From a virus: DNA of 64,000 nt. Position numbers and translations under genes: made by a program. Within the stretch, counting starts at the first letter, position 1. Every line of letters starts with the position of its first letter. Under the pieces are notes generated by a model. That model had not been told where the DNA came from. It was given only the letters and a program-made list of their open reading frames with translations, and did no database searches. The stretch lies in the IMG/VR virus record IMGVR_UViG_3300028840_001735; one strand, given 5' to 3'. This document shows, piece after piece, positions 43,639 through 51,137 of the stretch.

Positions 43639-46600
43639 TTTCCTTCTACTGTAGCAATGCCACCAATACTAAACCCTGTCAACTCTTTATTCTTTATCTT
43701 ATTCCATATATTATCATCACTCACATGAACTGTCATCACCCAACTTCCTTTTTTGACATGTTTACCGTTTATATCATATGAAACAGGTGATATGTAAGAT
43801 TCAACTAATTCAACACCAATATCACCAAACATATTATGCATAATCCCCAATTTTGTACTCCTATTATAGTTAGTTAAAAAGTTATGGGCTGTCTTTCTAA
43901 TAGTTTCCGGCTTTTCCCAATCTTTATGTGCGTCAACCTCGTTAGGTTCTAAAACAATTCCAGTTACTATCCTTAATTCTCTACCTTCCGCCTTTACTGT
44001 TTCTACCTCGCAGAACTCGAATTCTTTAGTTGGCACATCAATCAGATTACCTTGATCAGAAACCAATAACCAACCGTCACCATCTTCTATAAGTCTATGT
44101 AATCCTTTGAGTTTTTTCCCTTTAAACATGATCTCTGTAGTACTAATAGAATCACCTGATAGCACCGCTAAACCTTGATCGATCACATCAATCTCTGATG
44201 TAAGTGCCTTGGATACATTTATATAGTGTGCCGGCTTGATATGTTTTGGTAAACTCATAGAGTTTTTATGCTTATCAAACTCCTTAATTACCCTAATCGG
44301 ATTATCACCAATAGGACTTTTTTCGGACTCCAAAACCAATAATGATGGTTCACCTATATCAAGTCTAATCATCCAACGTTCATTAGCCAAATTAGAACCT
44401 ATTTGAACAGGTTCACTCCAATTTTGTCTCTGTAAAACAAACTTTGCATTCGATAAAGAAAATTCACTTTTTTCAGAAAAACCTTTATTCACATCAATCT
44501 CAACCCTACTAGATTGGATTCTTTTTACCAATTCGTTGCGTACTGTTTCAATTTCACCTTCAGATTTTTCCCAATATTTCAACTCATCTGGTATCTGTTT
44601 TCTAATCGCTACAGGTAAAAACGAATAACCTTGCGGCGGTATCCAATGATCCTGAACGGATTGATCACTCAAAATATATGGCATTTGTTCTTTAGGACGA
44701 ACAGATATCCATAATTGCTTATCTATAATCCCAGAATTCTTTTTTATAAATACATCTGTACATTCATTACACAATTCTATTATATCACCGTCCCATTCTA
44801 TGAAACTCATTTCACCTTCATTTTTGCATACTAGACATTCTTCTATCCTATCTGTTTTTTCTATTTTTATGGCTCTAAAAACTAAACGCCCTTTGAAATT
44901 ACCGTTCTTTAAAAAATATTCCCGGTAATCACTTTTTTGGACGCCATACTCTACAACACCTTGATCCACAATATCAAACACACCAGGATATTGTGGATTA
45001 CCACCTATAGGCGATGCCTTACCTAATACCGGATCTTTAGTTTTACCTTCGATATCTAGCCAGATATTCGGACAAACACCTTCATATTTGCTTACAATTT
45101 CCACTGGCAAAGAATCATCATCTACCATCCAATTGTTGTTTTTCCAATCCACTTTACTTATATTATCCAAACACCCTGATAATTTTTTTGCTGTTTCTAA
45201 TGTAGTTACTGGTTTATCAATATCATATTCCTTTTGTATTTCCATAGTCCAACTAATCAAACTTTTATTGCATTCTGTTTCTACTCTAAAATCAGAATGC
45301 AAACTTTTACCGCACCAATGGTTTTGAACAACATATCTGTATGTACCAGACTCATCAGGGACAATAAGATTACTTTCATCACATGACTTTTTTACCGGGT
45401 TATAATTCATAACTTCAAGTAAATCACCAGGTTGTATCCCAGTAGAACCGCCGCCGGTAATAAACGTTGAAAGCTTTCTAACTATCCAACCGCGTTTTTT
45501 AAGTTCATTAAACTTCTTTTTAGCTTTCATATCGTAATGAAGAATAAACTTACCTTTTAAACTCTTTAGTTTTTCTATAAACTTATCTTCATCAAATTCT
45601 TTTTCGCCAACACCTTGATCACGTTCTGGGTATGGCGGATCTAAATAAAAGAATGAATCTGGCGCATCATACTTATCAAATAATTTTTCATAACTATCAT
45701 TATGAATCTTTACACCCTTTAATCTTTCTTTAGTAAGCGCTAATCTATCTGGACCTTGGTATCTTTTATTTTCAATCGAAGGATCTATACCTCTTATGTT
45801 TGTATCTACACGGTAAAAAGATGCAAACCTTTTATATACAAAACGGTAAAACCGTTCTATATCGTTTTTAGGTTTTAAATAATGTACCTTCTCTAATTGA
45901 TCTCTTGTGCAAACCCAATTGAGTGATTGTATCTTTTTAATCTGATCTTCAGTTATATCTTGTATAAACTTTAAACAAAAAGGTATCTCCGGGTTTATAT
46001 CGTTCAATACTTCTACTTCACTCCGTTCTTTACGATAAAAAACCGCCGCACCACCGGCAAACGGTTCTATATACGTTTTATGTTCTGGCATCATACTTAC
46101 TACACGTCCGGCGACTCTGGTTTTTCCGGCAGTAGAACCCCACATAGATAATCTTCGTTTACTAACACTTTCTTTATTTTCCGTTTCACGTTCTAATATC
46201 TTACGTGCTTTATTCTGTAAATCTGATATTTGTTTATCAGATAAACCAAATTTGCTTTGTGGTATACGTGCTATAGCATTCCTCAAGTGTGGCAAATCAA
46301 CTTTACCTGTAGCATCTTTATAAGGAAAATGCCGTAAACTTCTCGGTGCAGTTTTCCCTTCACCGTCCTTTTTACCACCTGATTCAACATATAAAAAAGC
46401 ACTATCCGGTAAATCGTTTATATAAGCCCTAGACCATACTGCTTTCTTTACAAAACATTGAAAACCAAAATCTTTATCAACCCAATTTTTATTTGAAAAC
46501 TCCTTTTCAAAATCAGAAGATAAGTCATCTAATCCGTTATCGGGCGGCGCCGGATGTTCCACACCATCTGAAGATAACTTATCCACAATCAAAGAATGTA

Positions 46601-47159
46601 GATTAGTTATCTTAATTGTGCTCAACTCGTCGGTGTTATCACCGTACATTTTATGTAGTTTCCAATGTACGGCTTCAAGTTGTTCATTATCTAATCCGTC
46701 GATATCTATATCTGTAGTAATTTCGATATCTGATTTTTTTATTTCTTCTGTTATTTCTTCTACCTTCTTTTCAATTTCATTTATAAAACTAACATCGATT
46801 GGATTATCAAACTTATCCAACACTTCAACTTGACGATAATACAACACATCTGAATTCCAAGTTGGTTGTACCTCTGCCCACTGTTTTCTAGTGTCTTCAG
46901 AGATCAAGTGTCTATTTTCTAAACTCTTAAAAGCATCGCCGTTCACAGCAACAGTATCACCTAACTTTATTATACCTAAAGCTTTATTTTGACTAACCAA
47001 ATAACACGTTTCATTTTTTATTTCAATAGGACGTGTTTTAACAAGCAAATCAGATTTGCCGTCTATCAATGCCGTTGCTATAAAATGTGGTGAAACAGTG
47101 ATACTTTCTATAGTAGTAACATCTGCTTCTTTTTGTGGTAATGTGGATACTCTTTTCAT
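43635..47159 (-). CDS. 1174-aa multidomain head protein: Dam-like N6-adenine MTase + LigD-phosphoesterase-like domain(s) + C-terminal XkdF-like prohead protease domain
   Basis: MTase motifs YIEPFAGGAAVFY (res ~363-375) and FFYLDPPYPERD (res ~503-514). LigD_N-like YVVQNHWCGKSLHSDFRVE...YEG...YPGVFDIVDQGVVEYG...NGNFKGRLVFRAIK (res ~605-765). XkdF-like end GIVLEPNEVDAHKD...TAHNFL...VELVESYISPVSYDINGKHVKKGSWVMTVHVSDDNIWNKIKNKELTGFSIGG (res ~1055-1174). Confidence 0.7.
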   Translation of the reverse strand: MKRVSTLPQKEADVTTIESITVSPHFIATALIDGKSDLLVKTRPIEIKNETCYLVSQNKALGIIKLGDTVAVNGDAFKSLENRHLISEDTRKQWAEVQPTWNSDVLYYRQVEVLDKFDNPIDVSFINEIEKKVEEITEEIKKSDIEITTDIDIDGLDNEQLEAVHWKLHKMYGDNTDELSTIKITNLHSLIVDKLSSDGVEHPAPPDNGLDDLSSDFEKEFSNKNWVDKDFGFQCFVKKAVWSRAYINDLPDSAFLYVESGGKKDGEGKTAPRSLRHFPYKDATGKVDLPHLRNAIARIPQSKFGLSDKQISDLQNKARKILERETENKESVSKRRLSMWGSTAGKTRVAGRVVSMMPEHKTYIEPFAGGAAVFYRKERSEVEVLNDINPEIPFCLKFIQDITEDQIKKIQSLNWVCTRDQLEKVHYLKPKNDIERFYRFVYKRFASFYRVDTNIRGIDPSIENKRYQGPDRLALTKERLKGVKIHNDSYEKLFDKYDAPDSFFYLDPPYPERDQGVGEKEFDEDKFIEKLKSLKGKFILHYDMKAKKKFNELKKRGWIVRKLSTFITGGGSTGIQPGDLLEVMNYNPVKKSCDESNLIVPDESGTYRYVVQNHWCGKSLHSDFRVETECNKSLISWTMEIQKEYDIDKPVTTLETAKKLSGCLDNISKVDWKNNNWMVDDDSLPVEIVSKYEGVCPNIWLDIEGKTKDPVLGKASPIGGNPQYPGVFDIVDQGVVEYGVQKSDYREYFLKNGNFKGRLVFRAIKIEKTDRIEECLVCKNEGEMSFIEWDGDIIELCNECTDVFIKKNSGIIDKQLWISVRPKEQMPYILSDQSVQDHWIPPQGYSFLPVAIRKQIPDELKYWEKSEGEIETVRNELVKRIQSSRVEIDVNKGFSEKSEFSLSNAKFVLQRQNWSEPVQIGSNLANERWMIRLDIGEPSLLVLESEKSPIGDNPIRVIKEFDKHKNSMSLPKHIKPAHYINVSKALTSEIDVIDQGLAVLSGDSISTTEIMFKGKKLKGLHRLIEDGDGWLLVSDQGNLIDVPTKEFEFCEVETVKAEGRELRIVTGIVLEPNEVDAHKDWEKPETIRKTAHNFLTNYNRSTKLGIMHNMFGDIGVELVESYISPVSYDINGKHVKKGSWVMTVHVSDDNIWNKIKNKELTGFSIGGIATVEGK

Positions 47160-47419
47160 AATGCATTCCTATAATCTAAATCTTTAGGTTTTTTATTATG
47201 GCGTTTAAACCAGTTTGATCTAATTCTATCTATCTGTTCGTCGATAGGATTATCTTCGTTAGGTACACCTTGCAACATTTCAAGTTGATAAATTTGTCCG
47301 CTAGTCAAATCGCCTGTTTCGTCTAAAATATCTTCAGTGAGTTTCAAAATTTCTTCATCCTCTAAAGGTGGCGCCGTATCGTTTAGTTTTTCTAAAGCAC
47401 TTTGTTTTTTATCTGGCAT
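47156..47419 (-). CDS. hypothetical acidic protein
   Basis: 87 codons, with an ATGA overlap to the downstream gene. Confidence 0.45.
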   Translation of the reverse strand: MPDKKQSALEKLNDTAPPLEDEEILKLTEDILDETGDLTSGQIYQLEMLQGVPNEDNPIDEQIDRIRSNWFKRHNKKPKDLDYRNAL

Positions 47420-47433
47420 ATCTTCCCCTTAAT

Positions 47434-49407
47434 TTATGGTAACCTCGTAATATTAGTGGCTATATCCCTAACTAATAACGCTTTTTCGTCTTTTGTTATA
47501 TTCGGAATATTATCTACAAAATCATAAATTACATCTTCTACCTCTGTAGATATTTTAACACCAGGACGGTTTATAGCGAATGAAGCTGTTTCAACGGCGT
47601 CAATTATTTGTTGTTCAGTCCAGTTTTTACCTACTACACGTTCAACAGATTCTAAGATATCTATTATTTGTCTATCATATGCACCAGGTGCTATCCATCT
47701 ATCATAAAATTTTGTTCTCAGTTTAAACGGTTGTATAAAAGTATTCCTATGTAACACAAATTCTTGTGATTTGCCATAAGCATTGTTCACACCTAATAGT
47801 TTACGCAAAATAGACTTAGATACTATTTCGGTTGTACCTTCTATAAGACTACGCGCAGAATCCTTAAAGGCTTTCATTGATGAACGATTAGAACCATGAA
47901 CTACTTCGTGTATTAAAGTTTCTATCCCTAAATCTTGTTTATGTAAAAACGTATTTTTCCATGTACCATCTAATATCTGTTTCAATTCGTCCGATATTGT
48001 TTCCGCACTAGATCTTTTAAGCTCTATTCTGCCGGTCCAATAGTGTGTGCCTAACGATTTTTTGTTTGTTCTAATGTATAATTTTTTGTTCTGCCCTTTT
48101 GTAAGTTCTTCAGGTAATAACGACCCTCTTTCCCTTGCTGGCGTTTGAGTCATACCAAAATGTTTTTCAAAAGTTTTATTGATAGTTTTTCTAATCTTAC
48201 CTAACTCTTTTGTGCCATATAAACTATCCCATTGTTCTGATATAACCTTGAAATCCCCTACTAAATCATCATGTGGATTTATAGTTGCTGTAGTTCTAGG
48301 CTTCGGTTTGGGTTTAGGTAAAACAGGTTTTGTTCTTATAGGTTTTGGTGCTCGTATTCCCATCTCTTTACTTACAACATCTATATTACATCTACACCTG
48401 AAATGATACGGCGGCATTATAACATTAGCTTTTACAAGTCCTCTAGTACCCTTTGGTGATACTCTACCTATTCTACCACCGGTTAAGTTATGAGCCATTT
48501 TAGTTGTTATAAACGGTTGCGCTTGTTTAACTTGTTCCGGCGTAGTAGCAGAAAGAAGATTTTCTAGTTGAATACCGGCATCAGATACAGTGAATTCTTT
48601 GCCGTCTAACATCTGGCATTTTTCACACGTCCTATGATCGTTTGGATTCACTACTTGAAACGTTGTAAACCCAACATTACTAAACGCATTAAGTTGCGCC
48701 GTTACTCTCGCGGACGTTGCGGCATTAGCTGTCAAACCTTCAAAATATCTTTCACTAGTTCCTCTAAAGCCTTTAGGTATTTTTACATGTTTCAGATTAG
48801 ATTCTACAACTTGTTTCATGGTTTTGCCGGCAGCTACTCTGCCGCGCCCATGCTCAATCAAATGTTCTTTAGTTACTTTAGCTATAGTATCAGAAACATT
48901 GTTTTTATAATGTTCTCCGATCCAAAAAACTTGATGCCCTTCTAATGCAGACATTGCCCTGTAATCCGACATATCAAAATCAGGACGTACTTTGAATTTT
49001 TCAGCTTTAGCAACGAAAGTACCTGTACTAAAATCCATCGGCGCTTTAGTTATTTTATACGCTTTTTTTAATGCCGCGACATGAGATAAAGTATATATAT
49101 TGATCATCTCATTATGAAATCGAACTGATACAACATCATACCACTTGTTCATAACTTCATCGATAGATTTTACTATACGACTTATATCCTTATCCGTTAC
49201 AATCTCACTTGACTTATTTAACTCTTTTAATGCAACACTACTGGCTTCAGAAGCTAATCTATCCCATTGTTTACTTATATATTCACGCAACATAGTTTCA
49301 ACTTTAGCGGTTTGTGTTAACTCATCTATCGCTAAAGCTTTAGATAACATAAAATCAACAATATTTATACTGTCATAAAGTTGATCTATTTGTGTAATCT
49401 GTTGCAT
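47434..49407 (-). CDS. MuF/SPP1 gp7-like head morphogenesis protein with C-terminal HExxH domain
   Basis: MuF hallmarks NDHRTCEKCQMLDGKEF ... PPYHFRCRCNI (res ~256-341). These are followed by a Pro/Lys linker (PKPIRTKPVLPKPKPKPR) and a ~280-aa extension containing LIHEVVHGSN (HEVVH at 47896-47910). Confidence 0.75.
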   Translation of the reverse strand: MQQITQIDQLYDSINIVDFMLSKALAIDELTQTAKVETMLREYISKQWDRLASEASSVALKELNKSSEIVTDKDISRIVKSIDEVMNKWYDVVSVRFHNEMINIYTLSHVAALKKAYKITKAPMDFSTGTFVAKAEKFKVRPDFDMSDYRAMSALEGHQVFWIGEHYKNNVSDTIAKVTKEHLIEHGRGRVAAGKTMKQVVESNLKHVKIPKGFRGTSERYFEGLTANAATSARVTAQLNAFSNVGFTTFQVVNPNDHRTCEKCQMLDGKEFTVSDAGIQLENLLSATTPEQVKQAQPFITTKMAHNLTGGRIGRVSPKGTRGLVKANVIMPPYHFRCRCNIDVVSKEMGIRAPKPIRTKPVLPKPKPKPRTTATINPHDDLVGDFKVISEQWDSLYGTKELGKIRKTINKTFEKHFGMTQTPARERGSLLPEELTKGQNKKLYIRTNKKSLGTHYWTGRIELKRSSAETISDELKQILDGTWKNTFLHKQDLGIETLIHEVVHGSNRSSMKAFKDSARSLIEGTTEIVSKSILRKLLGVNNAYGKSQEFVLHRNTFIQPFKLRTKFYDRWIAPGAYDRQIIDILESVERVVGKNWTEQQIIDAVETASFAINRPGVKISTEVEDVIYDFVDNIPNITKDEKALLVRDIATNITRLP

Positions 49408-51129
49408 TTATTCATCTTCATCTTGGATTAGTTTTTCAGACCAAGCTTCTTCTAAATGTTTTCTTAAACTAAATAAACTATCAATCACATCTGTTTGATC
49501 TAAACTCTTTAACATTTTAGTCGGCGCAACCTGTTGTGATGGTTCTGTCACATCCGCTTGGTTCTTAACGGCTTCTGCCATGGACAAACTAAACGGCATA
49601 TCTGGATCGAATGTATCTGTCTTCTGTAACGGCGGCAACTCAAGACCTAGTATATCATTTAGAACCATCCTTGCGATCCGTGGTGTCATTCCGCCGGTCT
49701 TTTCAGCACCACCTAAGATCTTAACCAGTTCTGAATTGTCCGTAGTATTTGGACTATTGCTTTTGAATTTATAATAAACAGCACCAAGAATAGGAAATAA
49801 TTCACGGTTTATCCAGTTATCAAATTCATTTCGTTCTGGCGCAAAAATTTGTTCATCAGCTAATCGCCGTGATGTTTCCGCCGTTGTTCTAGTATAGTCT
49901 GAACTCCTGCCAGTGAATATAGGTGGTAACCTCCAGGATACCCTTACTTTTTCGCGATTAGTTTCAGAATACTTTTGAAACATTGCATCAGAATGTTGAT
50001 CGTCTGTTAATGACTTTATATCTATTTTAACCTGTCCAGAGTCTTCACCTTCTTCACCCATGGGTTCGGCTTCTATAACTAACACTTTACTTCTGTTATC
50101 GTCACCCTGGATTTTCTCCATAAACTCTTGAATTCTAATAACTGTATCTTCTGTAAGCTGTCCATTGCTTACGGCAATTACTTGACTAGGAATCATATTA
50201 TTACAAAATGTTATATAATTTATCTCACTAGATTTACGATCCCCTTCTATATCGATTATAGAACCCATAAACTTAGGTAACCCATATGCTGATCTGCTAC
50301 AGTATATCTTCCAATGTTTTATTTCATTAGCCTTTAATTCTTCCGGCATTGGAGTTCCTTTACCATCCCAATTTTTTACTTTCTCTTCAGGAACTAATTC
50401 ACCGGTTTCAACGTTGTATGTTCTATAATCGCCGAACTCTTTAAACCATCTTTGTGAATATGAACTACTCGAATAACTTCTAGTAGGACTAAGTGATATC
50501 TGAACAAATCTTCTAAACCGCTTATAAATTGTCATGGTATCTATTGAAATACTACCATCTACATTTAATTTATGTATCGGCATATCAACTTTAATTGGAG
50601 TTACATCTGTAGGTGTTATCCTAACTTGATAACTTGGTACATGTGTAAAATACTGTATCTCGCCGTTTATACTCCTTACTACTTCCCAATATCCATTACC
50701 TGTAGCTTCTATATCCTGTCTTGTGTCGCGTCTAAGTTTTGTAAACGATCGATCATATCCGGCGTTCTGAAAGAAGTTTTCAAGTTTTACAAATTCTATT
50801 CTAGCTTCTTTTTTAGTCTTATCGTCGATCTCTGCATCACCGTTTAACCTTGATACAAAATAATGCCCAAAACCGTCTATATTGGTTTCCATGGCATCTA
50901 TACAAGGCCCCATTTCTGAATTCCGTTCTGATAATGTGGTTAGATAATACATATCAAACGGCGGTTCTAAAATCCTACCTTCTGCCTGTAAAGAAACTAA
51001 TGGATTATCCTCTGCAAGTTGTTTTGACTTTCCAGGTTCATCATTTTTCTTAGTAGGTAAATCGATTATCAAAGCACGTACTTTATTACCTTTAATTTTT
51101 GTATCAACTACTTCTGAGTTTATATGCAT
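49408..51129 (-). CDS. portal protein
   Basis: 573 aa, immediately downstream of the large terminase and upstream of the MuF-like gene. The call rests on size and position. Confidence 0.7.
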   Translation of the reverse strand: MHINSEVVDTKIKGNKVRALIIDLPTKKNDEPGKSKQLAEDNPLVSLQAEGRILEPPFDMYYLTTLSERNSEMGPCIDAMETNIDGFGHYFVSRLNGDAEIDDKTKKEARIEFVKLENFFQNAGYDRSFTKLRRDTRQDIEATGNGYWEVVRSINGEIQYFTHVPSYQVRITPTDVTPIKVDMPIHKLNVDGSISIDTMTIYKRFRRFVQISLSPTRSYSSSSYSQRWFKEFGDYRTYNVETGELVPEEKVKNWDGKGTPMPEELKANEIKHWKIYCSRSAYGLPKFMGSIIDIEGDRKSSEINYITFCNNMIPSQVIAVSNGQLTEDTVIRIQEFMEKIQGDDNRSKVLVIEAEPMGEEGEDSGQVKIDIKSLTDDQHSDAMFQKYSETNREKVRVSWRLPPIFTGRSSDYTRTTAETSRRLADEQIFAPERNEFDNWINRELFPILGAVYYKFKSNSPNTTDNSELVKILGGAEKTGGMTPRIARMVLNDILGLELPPLQKTDTFDPDMPFSLSMAEAVKNQADVTEPSQQVAPTKMLKSLDQTDVIDSLFSLRKHLEEAWSEKLIQDEDE

Positions 51130-51137
51130 AATATCTC

